NCBI RefSeq assembly: GCF_001458695.1
Contig: NZ_LN885086.1
Span: 750,001 to 782,000 of the forward strand
Length of the DNA stretch: 32,000 nt
Direction: 5' to 3'
Origin: Candidatus Nitrospira inopinata
GTDB lineage: Bacteria > Nitrospirota > Nitrospiria > Nitrospirales > Nitrospiraceae
Shown here: positions 18,383-26,641 of the stretch, one piece after another
Numbering within the stretch: position 1 is the first letter of the stretch
Layout: every line of letters begins with the position of its first letter
Made by a program: the position numbers and the translations under genes
The notes under the pieces: generated by a model
Seen by the model: only the letters and a program-made list of their open reading frames with translations
The model's database searches: none
What the model was told of the DNA's origin: nothing

Positions 18383-18439
18383 GGAATCTCTCATACCATG
18401 AGCGTGTAAGAGGGGCAAGGGAAGAGCCGTTTGTGTCGA

Positions 18440-19633
18440 CTAGAATTTCGCCCGCTTCAGGCGACGACAAGCCTCGTCCAGCTCTTCATCTGTTTTGGCG
18501 TAACTAAACCGAATGAAGCGTGAGCCATCCGTACCGGAGAAAAACGCTTCCCCCGGCACCCCCGCCACACCGGTTGCTTCCAAGAGGGCTATCGCGCGGG
18601 CCTTGCCGATCGAGCCGGGCACCTTCGAGACATCCGCCAACACATAGTACGCGCCGTCGGGAATCGAGGGAGTCAACCCGGCCTCGGCCAACGCCTCGCA
18701 AAACCGATCCCGCTTGCGCTGGTATGAACGCGCAAGCTCTTTGTAGAAATCACCGGGCAGCTCGATGATGCCCGCTGCGATCCCCATTTGAAGAGGGGCC
18801 GGAGCGCAGACGTACAGCAGGTCGTTGACGGCACCGATGGCCTGGGCCCATGGTCGAGCCGCCACGCTGTAGCCGATGCGCCACCCCGTGACGCTGAAGG
18901 TTTTGGAATAGCCGCCGACGGTGATCGTCCGATCGGCCATGCCCGGCAAAGCGGCCATGCTCAGGTGAGAGCGCCCGTCATAGAGAAAGTATTCGTAGAT
19001 TTCGTCCGAAAACACGAAGAGGTCGTGCTTTTTTGCGATGGCCGCGACGGTTTCCAATTCGTCTCGCGTCCACACCTTTCCCGAAGGATTGCCCGGCGAA
19101 TTGACCACAATCGCTTTGGTCTTCTCGGTGACCGCCTGCTCCAATTGAACAGCCGTGAAGGTCCATTCCGGATGCTCCATCCTGACCGTGATCGGCACGG
19201 CTTCCACCGCCAGCAGCGCACTCAGGTGATATTGATAGAACGGCTCAAACACGATGACTTCGTCACCCGGCTCCAATAACGCCTCGCAGGCGCAATGAAA
19301 GGCACCGGTCGCGCCGGCACTGACGACAATCTCCGTGTCCGGATCGGCCTGAATGCCGTTGTAGCGGGTCAGTTTCTCGGCCAGCGCCTGCCGCAATTCC
19401 GCGAGCCCGTCAAACCGCGTGTAGATGTTCCGACCATCCTTGATCGCCCGCTGCGCGGCCTCAAGGACGATGGAAGGCGCCGGCGTATCACAGACTCCCT
19501 GGGCCATGTTGATCCCCTTCATGCTCGCGCAGGCCTGCGTCATCGCCCGGATCTCGGACTGCGCGAGATCCGCCATTCTCCGACTCACCGCCCGTCTCAT
19601 CCGTCTGCTCCCTCCAACATGATTCCCCGTCAT
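18440..19633 (-). CDS. pyridoxal-phosphate-dependent aminotransferase, class I/II
   Basis: SEIRAMTQ, NSPGNPSGKVW and YSKTFSVTGWRIGY (PLP lysine motif) are typical of the AspC/YbdL-like group. The start may be the ATG at 19633 or the internal ATG at 19600. Confidence 0.88.
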   Translation of the reverse strand: MTGNHVGGSRRMRRAVSRRMADLAQSEIRAMTQACASMKGINMAQGVCDTPAPSIVLEAAQRAIKDGRNIYTRFDGLAELRQALAEKLTRYNGIQADPDTEIVVSAGATGAFHCACEALLEPGDEVIVFEPFYQYHLSALLAVEAVPITVRMEHPEWTFTAVQLEQAVTEKTKAIVVNSPGNPSGKVWTRDELETVAAIAKKHDLFVFSDEIYEYFLYDGRSHLSMAALPGMADRTITVGGYSKTFSVTGWRIGYSVAARPWAQAIGAVNDLLYVCAPAPLQMGIAAGIIELPGDFYKELARSYQRKRDRFCEALAEAGLTPSIPDGAYYVLADVSKVPGSIGKARAIALLEATGVAGVPGEAFFSGTDGSRFIRFSYAKTDEELDEACRRLKRAKF

Positions 19634-19658
19634 GACCTCGGCTCACGGGCGTCGGCCG

Positions 19659-20279
19659 TTACGGTTTCCCCCACAGAGACTCCAACCGCTGCGCCCGTCC
19701 ACAGCCGAACTTGTAATACTTATACCGGATGGGATTTTTCTTGTAATAGTCTTGGTGCTCCTCCTCCGCCGGATAGAAGGTGGAGGCCTTGGCCACCTGG
19801 GTCACGATCGGCTGCGCGAACCGTTTCGACCGTTCGAGCGCCGCTTTCGACTCCTCAGCCAGTTTTCGTTCTTCGTCCGTCCCGTAGAAGATGGCGGACC
19901 GATATTGATTGCCATGATCGCAGAATTGCCCGTTGGGCGTCAGTGGATCCACGTTCCGCCAAAACACGTCCAGCAACGTTTGATACGTCACCTTGGCTGG
20001 ATCATATGTCACCTCGACCGACTCGGCATGGCCGGTCTTTCCGGTGGAGACTTGAGCATAGGTGGGGTTGGCGACGTTCCCCCCCATGTAACCGGAGACC
20101 ACGGAAAGGACCCCCTCCACCGGCTCAAACGCTTCCTCCATGCACCAGAAGCAGCCCCCCGCGAAATAGGCCTTGGCCGGCTCGGCCGCCCAGACCGTCG
20201 GGCCGAACGACAAACCAGCCACCGCTCCGAACAGGCACAACGTGATCATCTGCCGCCTTGTGCGTCGAATCGACCCCAT
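19659..20279 (-). CDS. msrA: peptide-methionine (S)-S-oxide reductase with an N-terminal export signal
   Basis: AYFAGGCFWCMEEAFEPVEGVLSVVSGYMGG is the MsrA active-site motif (GCFWC). The ATG at 20279 (MGSIRRTRRQMITLCLFGAVAGLSFGPTVWA) is preceded by GGAGAGGAGGGGG, so the 14-residue extension in the track is unlikely. Confidence 0.92.
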   Translation of the reverse strand: MGSIRRTRRQMITLCLFGAVAGLSFGPTVWAAEPAKAYFAGGCFWCMEEAFEPVEGVLSVVSGYMGGNVANPTYAQVSTGKTGHAESVEVTYDPAKVTYQTLLDVFWRNVDPLTPNGQFCDHGNQYRSAIFYGTDEERKLAEESKAALERSKRFAQPIVTQVAKASTFYPAEEEHQDYYKKNPIRYKYYKFGCGRAQRLESLWGKP

Positions 20280-20440
20280 GACGTCACCCCCTCCTCTCCG
20301 TTGGCGACCCTCTGCGGCCAAAATGCTCGTCGTCCATCTTACATGGTCTCAGCTTACACGGTCCCAGAGCCCACGAGAACGACTCAACAAGACGAGCAGG
20401 CAAGGGACACCTGTTCGTCGACGTGAAACGTTCCAACCGG

Positions 20441-20983
20441 TCACACGGAAAGGCCGTCGTATCCATCGGACGCAACGGCCCGCGGGCGTCGATGGACCCT
20501 CTCCAGCCGCTTCATAATCAGAGCAATCGCTTCCTCGGGCGAGTCGGCTGCGGCCACCAACCGTTTGTCCAGTTTGCGGAAGAACGCCACGTCCGCGGCG
20601 GACGCAGCCACCAACACAACGGGTCTTCCGGCCTTGACGGCCAGCGCTACCTCCGACACCGTCCCGGACCCCGTCAGTCCGCAGACCACGACCACGTGGC
20701 TGGTCAAGACGTTGATGTTGTTGCGGCCGCTGCCCATCTCCGTGATGATCGGCACATCGACGTAGCGTGACACCTTGTCCTTGGCCGTCGGCAAAATCCC
20801 GATGGTCAAGCTGCCCCCGACCCTCTTGGCCCCCTCGCACGCGGCGTCCATCACGCCGACGTTTCGTCCGCCCGTCAGCACCGCCCACCCGCGCCGCGCG
20901 ATCAACTCGCCCAGCAGCCTCGCGTTCTCCAAGTCTTTTTTTCTGGCCTTCGCCGGCCCCATCACGCCCACGATAAAATGCAT
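20441..20983 (-). CDS. TIGR00725 / LOG-SLOG superfamily Rossmann-fold protein
   Basis: IVGVMGPA...LLGELIARRGWAVLTGGRNVGVMDAACEGAKRVGGSLTIGILP...GSGRNNINVLTSHVVVVCGLTGSGTVSEVALAVKAGRPVVLV follows the GGxxGxM and GxGTxxE pattern of LOG-like proteins. AGGAAAGG Shine-Dalgarno is present. Confidence 0.65.
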   Translation of the reverse strand: MHFIVGVMGPAKARKKDLENARLLGELIARRGWAVLTGGRNVGVMDAACEGAKRVGGSLTIGILPTAKDKVSRYVDVPIITEMGSGRNNINVLTSHVVVVCGLTGSGTVSEVALAVKAGRPVVLVAASAADVAFFRKLDKRLVAAADSPEEAIALIMKRLERVHRRPRAVASDGYDGLSV

Positions 20984-21016
20984 CGCCTTTCCTGTGCCTC
21001 TTCTTAACCTCCCGCT

Positions 21017-22681
21017 TCAAAACCGCGACCCGGTCAGTGTCACATCGGCGTAACTCCAGGCCGCCTTGAATTGACGTTCCACCTCCTCGGCTTCACGGAC
21101 CTTCTCTTGAGCGCGGAGGCTCTTGACCAGGCCGAAAAGGGCCCATCCGTTATGGGGGTGCCTGACCAGATCCGCTCGGTACTCCTCCTCCGCGTCACCG
21201 TATCGACCGGCCGCCAGCAGCACGTCTCCAAGATAATGGCGAACGGGAATCGGCCAGTAGGGCGGCTCGATGTAGGGCAAGTCCTCTTCCATTTTGACGG
21301 CATCCCTGAGCGACGCGATCGCCTCGCCGTATCGCCCACGGCGGGCCGCGATCTCTCCGGCCAGAAGACGCTCGGCGATCTTGATCATGGCTCGCTCTAT
21401 TTTTCCTTCATCCGTGCGGGGACGCCCGACCTGTTTCGTCGAGGCGGCCAAAACCGCCATCTCCGCTTCCGCCTCCGGCAAGCGGCCGGTGGCGGTCAAG
21501 GCCAAGCCCCTGCCCAATCGCCAGATGGCATGGTGAAGACGCAGACTCGCGTGAGGCGCAGGCTCTCGCAGCAGATCGCTCCATTGGCCGAATCGAATCA
21601 GAGACCAGAGAGGGGTGGGAAGGTACCCTTCCTTCCACTTGTCTTTTTGCGCCTTGTGCTCGGTCACCATCGTCGTCAACTGGCGCGCGATCTTCAACGA
21701 CTCCGTCTTCCGTCCCTCCATCGCCAAAGAGGCCCATAAAAAATGGAGGTTGTGGGCGTAGTACGCGTCGGCGTACTCGCCGGCGAGGGTTCGGCCGGCC
21801 AGATAGTGTCGATCGACAAGAGCGGCGTGCGTATTGCGCTCTGCGGCCTCATGATATCGACCGAGACGCATGTAAATGTGGGCCGGCATGTGGACCAAGT
21901 GACCGGCGCCCGGCATCAGGCCCGACAACCGATCCGCGCAGGCCAGCGCCCGCTCCGGCGCCGGCGAGGCTTCAACGGCATGGATGTAATAGTGACAGGC
22001 GCCGGGATGATCGGGGAATCGCGCGAGGACGGACTCCAATGTCGAGACGATTTCTTCCGTTCCCGGCTTCGGCTTTCCAGTCGGCGTCCATAAATCCCAA
22101 GGTCGGAGATCCATCAAGGCCTCCGCGAAGAGAACGCCGGCGTCCGCGTCATCGGGGAAATCCCGCCATAACGCCCTCATCGCGTCGGCATAGGCCTTGT
22201 CACGTACCTTTCTTGGCTCCCCTTTTGAGCCGTACCGTTTGCCGAGCGCCTCGATGTATCGCCGTTCGGCCTCGCTCGCATGAGCACTGTGGGCGCGGGC
22301 TTTGCGAAGCGCTTCCAGAGCCTTGCGCTCTCCCTCCTTGGTGACCGGCGCGTTGATGTTCGGCCCCAGCGCCAGCGCGATCCCCCAATAGGGCATGGCG
22401 GCGGAAGGATCGAGCCTGGCGGCCTCTTCAAACGCCAGCACGGCCTCTTCATGATTAAAGGCATACACCAGCCGCAGTCCTTGATCGAAATATCGTTGGG
22501 CCTGATCTGACGTCGTCGTCACCGGATGGTGCAGCGTGCCGAGGTTGTCATAGAGTGAGACGGTGGGACGCGCCTCTCCACCGGAAGCGCCGAAGACCGA
22601 GCCCTGCCCGAGCGCCGTCCAGATGGCCGCCGCCACCAGGCTCGCCTTCAGGACTCGACCGTGGCGCCGATCATGTGTCAT
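21017..22681 (-). CDS. exported TPR-repeat protein of unknown function
   Basis: N-terminal signal (LKASLVAAAIWTALGQGSVFGA). Helical-repeat sequence throughout, for example AQRYFDQGLRLVYAFNHEEAVLAFEEAARLDPSAAMPYWGIALALGPN and RYGDAEEEYRADLVRHPHNGWALFGL. Confidence 0.65.
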   Translation of the reverse strand: MTHDRRHGRVLKASLVAAAIWTALGQGSVFGASGGEARPTVSLYDNLGTLHHPVTTTSDQAQRYFDQGLRLVYAFNHEEAVLAFEEAARLDPSAAMPYWGIALALGPNINAPVTKEGERKALEALRKARAHSAHASEAERRYIEALGKRYGSKGEPRKVRDKAYADAMRALWRDFPDDADAGVLFAEALMDLRPWDLWTPTGKPKPGTEEIVSTLESVLARFPDHPGACHYYIHAVEASPAPERALACADRLSGLMPGAGHLVHMPAHIYMRLGRYHEAAERNTHAALVDRHYLAGRTLAGEYADAYYAHNLHFLWASLAMEGRKTESLKIARQLTTMVTEHKAQKDKWKEGYLPTPLWSLIRFGQWSDLLREPAPHASLRLHHAIWRLGRGLALTATGRLPEAEAEMAVLAASTKQVGRPRTDEGKIERAMIKIAERLLAGEIAARRGRYGEAIASLRDAVKMEEDLPYIEPPYWPIPVRHYLGDVLLAAGRYGDAEEEYRADLVRHPHNGWALFGLVKSLRAQEKVREAEEVERQFKAAWSYADVTLTGSRF

Positions 22682-22746
22682 AGGGACGGGAAGCGACGGG
22701 CGGAATTCGAGAGCAGCCGATCGGACATCTTCACACCGATCGGGCG

Positions 22747-23412
22747 TTAGACATTCAGCGGCAACCGCATCGGATCGTTTTGAGTCATCGTCGCCTTCTC
22801 AACCCTGGCGGGCTTTTGACGGCCAAGCCTGTTCGGACGAGCGACCGCGGAAGAGCGTCCCGCTTGAGTCGACGAGACAGATCCCCGAACCACTTCCCGC
22901 GCAAGCCGTTCAATCAGACGCTGCTGCGACAGCACGAGGGATTTTAATTCTTGCATCTGAGAGGCCAGACGGACGATGTCCTGCTGTTGCTGGAGAAGAT
23001 AGCCCCTCAACTCGGCCACTTCCTCAGGTTGTACCGCCGACGATTCGGCGGTTGGATTCGCCTGGGTCGCCTCCGGCTCGTCATTCGCCGACTCGACCGC
23101 CGGCCCTCGTGGCTCCGCCATCGCCATGTGATCCGGCCCTTGTTCGATCGACTCACGGTCCTCCGTCCCGAGCTCATTCGGCGCCTCGTCAGGCGGCCCT
23201 TGAAAAACCGAGTCGGACTCCTTCTTGCCCGCCGACGGTCTCGGACTCGTCACGGACGCCAACCGCTCCGCAACCGAGCGCGCGAAGGATGCCGCCGCTT
23301 CGCCGAATTTTCCGCCCACCGGTCGCTTGACCGACCGTACGGCATCCAGTTGCTCCGGCGATGGGATGCGGCGAATGACATGGATCGGCTCATCACTGAA
23401 TCGACGAGACAT
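22747..23412 (-). CDS. hypothetical protein with a low-complexity acidic centre and a C-terminal coiled coil
   Basis: 221-aa ORF filling the gap between pmbA and the TPR gene on the same strand. The central region is rich in P, E, S and A. A heptad-like Gln/Leu segment follows (EEVAELRGYLLQQQQDIVRLASQMQELKSLVLSQQRLIERLAREV). No family recognised, and coding status rests on context only. Confidence 0.5.
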   Translation of the reverse strand: MSRRFSDEPIHVIRRIPSPEQLDAVRSVKRPVGGKFGEAAASFARSVAERLASVTSPRPSAGKKESDSVFQGPPDEAPNELGTEDRESIEQGPDHMAMAEPRGPAVESANDEPEATQANPTAESSAVQPEEVAELRGYLLQQQQDIVRLASQMQELKSLVLSQQRLIERLAREVVRGSVSSTQAGRSSAVARPNRLGRQKPARVEKATMTQNDPMRLPLNV

Positions 23413-23569
23413 CCGTCAGGCTCCAGACCTTTCGAACTCATCCGCCTCTCCCCATCGACCCACCGTGCCGAGGCGGAGACACGTCAGATGCTGTCTCTAC
23501 TCCTGCTCGACGGCAGAGTCAATGGTTTTCTCTAGGACCTGCCGCTTGACGGCCGCTTTTCCGTTCCCC

Positions 23570-24889
23570 TTAGAACCTGGTAACGCTCGAAAAATGAAAG
23601 CGCGGCAGGACCATCGCCGGCACCAACATTTTTCCCGCTTCCGGAGTCACCGCCTCCGTGGGAACCGTCGCGACGCCGACGTCTTGAAAGGCCCGGAGAG
23701 GACTGTCATGAAAGCGGAAATTCTTCACCGGACAGACGACGTGGCCGTTCTCCACGAGGAACGTTCCGTCGCGCGTCATCCCGGTCAAGGTCAGGTCGCG
23801 AAGATTGACGGAGCGGATGTACCAAAAATTTGTGACAAGAACGGCTCGATCGATCTGTTTCAGCAGCTCCCGCACATTCCCGAACGACGCCCCCTTGACG
23901 GACAAGACCGGCGATTCCAACGTTGGAATGTTCTTGATCCCGTGCGTATGCGCCGTAAATCGATCGTACGCGAGTTGTTTCAAGCGGCCGTCCTCGATCC
24001 ACTGCGAGGGTTCGCTCGGCAGTCCTTCGGCAGTAAACCCCACGCCGAACAGATCGGCATGATTCGGCACATTGCTCAACGCCAACCGTTTGTCCACAAT
24101 TCGGCTTCCCAGTCGTCCCGCGAAGGGGCTGGTGCCCTTTACATAAGACTTGGCGTCGAGCGCCCAGATCAGCCAAGACCAAAGCCCGGCCACGGCGGCC
24201 GGCTCGAGCACGACCGGATAGTCTCCGGGAGGAAGATCTCTCGCTTCGCGGCCTCTCTTGGCCTTGTCGATCGCCGCCAGGGTCCGTTCTTGAATTTTCA
24301 GATGATCGATCGAACGGTGGGCGGCGGCGCTCCATCCTGTTGCGCCTGTTCCGTCACCGGCCTGAACCGTCAGGCTGAACTGCGCCTTGGTCCTCGTCTC
24401 CCAGCCGAACAACCCGTTGTCCGCCGCCACGCCGACGGAGGCCGACGACGACGACACAATCCCCGCCGCCATGAGATTTTCCATGCGGCAGAGGCTCACG
24501 GCTTCGTTCGCGTATTCGTGGCGGCGCAGCGGTCCATTGGCGATCGTTTCCTCTCTTGCCGTCTCTCGGGCAGGAAACGGCCGGGGGTCCGGCGGCGGAA
24601 GATATTCCGGATCTTCGGGCGCCGCTCGGGCGATTCGCTCGGCCCGCGCCACCATATCTTGAACGGCGCCGGCCGTAAAATCCGTCGTCGAGGCGGTGCC
24701 GTGTCGCCGGCCGAACGAGACGGTCACCGTCAGGAGGCCGCGCCTCGTATCGACGTTTTGAATGACACGGTTGTCGGCGAATCTCGTGGTGCCGGCTCGT
24801 TCGTCATGGAGCGTCACCACGGTATGGTCGCCCGATGAGCGAGCGAAGATCACGTCGGCCAGAAAGCGAAATTCGTCCCGGCTCGTCAT
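23570..24889 (-). CDS. pmbA: PmbA/TldE-family protein (non-catalytic partner of TldD)
   Basis: TldD/PmbA-fold sequence (for example VLVTNFWYIRSVNLRDLTLTGMTRDGTFLVENG) with no HExxxH motif seen by eye. The ATG at 24889 is 30 nt after the tldD stop. An alternative GTG at 24922 overlaps the tldD TGA as GTGA. The track start at 25081 lies deep inside tldD. Confidence 0.85.
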   Translation of the reverse strand: MTSRDEFRFLADVIFARSSGDHTVVTLHDERAGTTRFADNRVIQNVDTRRGLLTVTVSFGRRHGTASTTDFTAGAVQDMVARAERIARAAPEDPEYLPPPDPRPFPARETAREETIANGPLRRHEYANEAVSLCRMENLMAAGIVSSSSASVGVAADNGLFGWETRTKAQFSLTVQAGDGTGATGWSAAAHRSIDHLKIQERTLAAIDKAKRGREARDLPPGDYPVVLEPAAVAGLWSWLIWALDAKSYVKGTSPFAGRLGSRIVDKRLALSNVPNHADLFGVGFTAEGLPSEPSQWIEDGRLKQLAYDRFTAHTHGIKNIPTLESPVLSVKGASFGNVRELLKQIDRAVLVTNFWYIRSVNLRDLTLTGMTRDGTFLVENGHVVCPVKNFRFHDSPLRAFQDVGVATVPTEAVTPEAGKMLVPAMVLPRFHFSSVTRF

Positions 24890-24918
24890 CTTCGGCCACG
24901 GATTCGAGGCGGACAGGC

Positions 24919-26376
24919 TCACGATCCCTCCCCTCCCTTGATCACCTGCACCCTCCGAAACAGGGCCGGCGACGCGGCGTGAGTCATCCAGCCGGACTGG
25001 ACCGGTTGTCCTTTGCCGCAGGTAATGAATCCGTACCGGCGTCTGAAGGACCGGTCCGCCACGCCGTCGCAACTGTTCCAAAATTCGGGAGTGATGCCGT
25101 GATAGATCACGTCGCGCAGCATGCGGGTCCGACGGCCGTTTTCGATCAACCAGAAGGCGTCGCCGCCGAATTGAAAATTGTACCGGCGCTGATCGATGCT
25201 GTACGACCCGTGGCCTTCGATGTAAATCCCGCGCTTGACGTCCGCGACCAGTTGATCGAGCGTCTGTTCTCCCGGCTCAAGTCCGATATTGGCGATGCGC
25301 ACGATCGGCACACAGCCCCACCCGTCCGCTCGGTTCGATCCGCGCGATCGCGTCTCGCCGATCTTCGGCGCCACCTCCCGGTTTGTGCAATAGCCGACGA
25401 AGACGCCGTCTCGGACGATGTCCCACGTCTGACACTCGACTCCGTCATCGTCATAGCCCGTCGCGGCGAGCGTCCCCGGTTCGGTATTGTCCGCCACCAG
25501 CGTGACGCGCGGAGAGCCGAATCGAAACGTCCCTCGTTTCTCGGGCGTCAGAAAACTCGTCCCCGCGTAGTTGGCCTCGTACCCGAGCGCGCGATCAAGC
25601 TCGCTGGGATGGCCGCATGATTCGTGAATCGTCAGCGACAAATGTTCCGGATCGAGGACCAGGTCATAGACGCCGTCTTCGACGGCCGGCGCGCGAGCCT
25701 TTTCGACGGCCTCGCGCGCCACGCGAATCGCCTCTTCCGACCAACGGGTCTCTTCGATCAATTCATAGCCTTGGCGCAGATACGGCAAGTTGAACGAGCG
25801 GGTGGCGAATCGCCCGTCGAACAACGCCGTGGCGCTGATGGAACCGTTGACGGCCGACAGGTCGAAATCGAGCACCGTGCCTTCCGTCGATTGGAACCGT
25901 TTGCGATCCCGGCACCACCAGATCTCGGCCGTGCTCCGAACGATATTCGGCCGTCCGTGCAGCGTTCCCATTGTTTCCAGGAGGAGTCCCGTTTTTTTCT
26001 CCAGCGGGACGGTGTGGGGATCGATCCGGACGGCGGTCACGACCCGATCGCGATAGACCGGCTCTTCGACCAACCGCACCTTCTCGGTGGCGATCGACGC
26101 CGCGTGTTTGGCAAGCTCGACGGCAAGATCCGCCACGCGCGGAACGTCTTCAAGGGAGAGCACCGAACTCGCGGCAAAGCCCCAAGCGCCGTGGTACAAC
26201 ACGCGCACGCCGAAGCCGCCGTCCTCGGCGTCGCGGATCGACGCAATCCGGCCATCTTCTCCGCGAACGTGCCCGGTCACGCTGCGTTGGATACGAATGT
26301 CGCCGTATTCCACACCGAATCGGCGAACACGGGCCAGGGCCAGTTCGGCGAATTCATCCCAGGTTGGAGAGCCCAT
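24919..26376 (-). CDS. tldD: TldD-family metallopeptidase
   Basis: 485 aa. HESCGH gives the HExxxH zinc motif in LSLTIHESCGHPSELDRALG. The C-terminal half is typical TldD (GYDDDGV, RADGWG, CGKGQP). Confidence 0.9.
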   Translation of the reverse strand: MGSPTWDEFAELALARVRRFGVEYGDIRIQRSVTGHVRGEDGRIASIRDAEDGGFGVRVLYHGAWGFAASSVLSLEDVPRVADLAVELAKHAASIATEKVRLVEEPVYRDRVVTAVRIDPHTVPLEKKTGLLLETMGTLHGRPNIVRSTAEIWWCRDRKRFQSTEGTVLDFDLSAVNGSISATALFDGRFATRSFNLPYLRQGYELIEETRWSEEAIRVAREAVEKARAPAVEDGVYDLVLDPEHLSLTIHESCGHPSELDRALGYEANYAGTSFLTPEKRGTFRFGSPRVTLVADNTEPGTLAATGYDDDGVECQTWDIVRDGVFVGYCTNREVAPKIGETRSRGSNRADGWGCVPIVRIANIGLEPGEQTLDQLVADVKRGIYIEGHGSYSIDQRRYNFQFGGDAFWLIENGRRTRMLRDVIYHGITPEFWNSCDGVADRSFRRRYGFITCGKGQPVQSGWMTHAASPALFRRVQVIKGGEGS

Positions 26377-26414
26377 GCTGCGGTTCTCTCAGGGTTCGAA
26401 TGCAGATCGACGGT

Positions 26415-26423
26415 AGTATAACA
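26415..26423 (-). promoter_or_regulatory. candidate extended -10 promoter for tldD-pmbA
   Basis: Minus strand reads TGTTATACT (TGn plus TATACT), about 40 nt upstream of the tldD ATG. There is no good -35 element. Confidence 0.3.
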
Positions 26424-26641
26424 GGTGGTCGGCGGAAACGGTGAGCAGGACGAGAAACGGGAAACCCTCCGGCTCCACTCAGCTCAACGAACCGCAGCAG
26501 TGGAACCTCTTAGTTACAGGCTTATCTGAGGAGGTGAGTCGACTGTGTCCCGGCAAGATCCGAGATGAGCGGTTTGCTCGGTCGTCGGAGGTCAATGGGC
26601 TTTTCCTCTCGCCGCAGCTTCTCCGGCGAAGAGAACGGCGG

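Noticed and set aside
26392-26401. GGGTTCGAAT, a tRNA T-loop-like string just upstream of tldD.
   Set aside because: The flanking bases (CAGGG and GCAGA) cannot form a T-stem, and no acceptor or anticodon arms are present. A similar GGTTCGATCC near 25335 lies inside the tldD coding frame and also lacks a stem.
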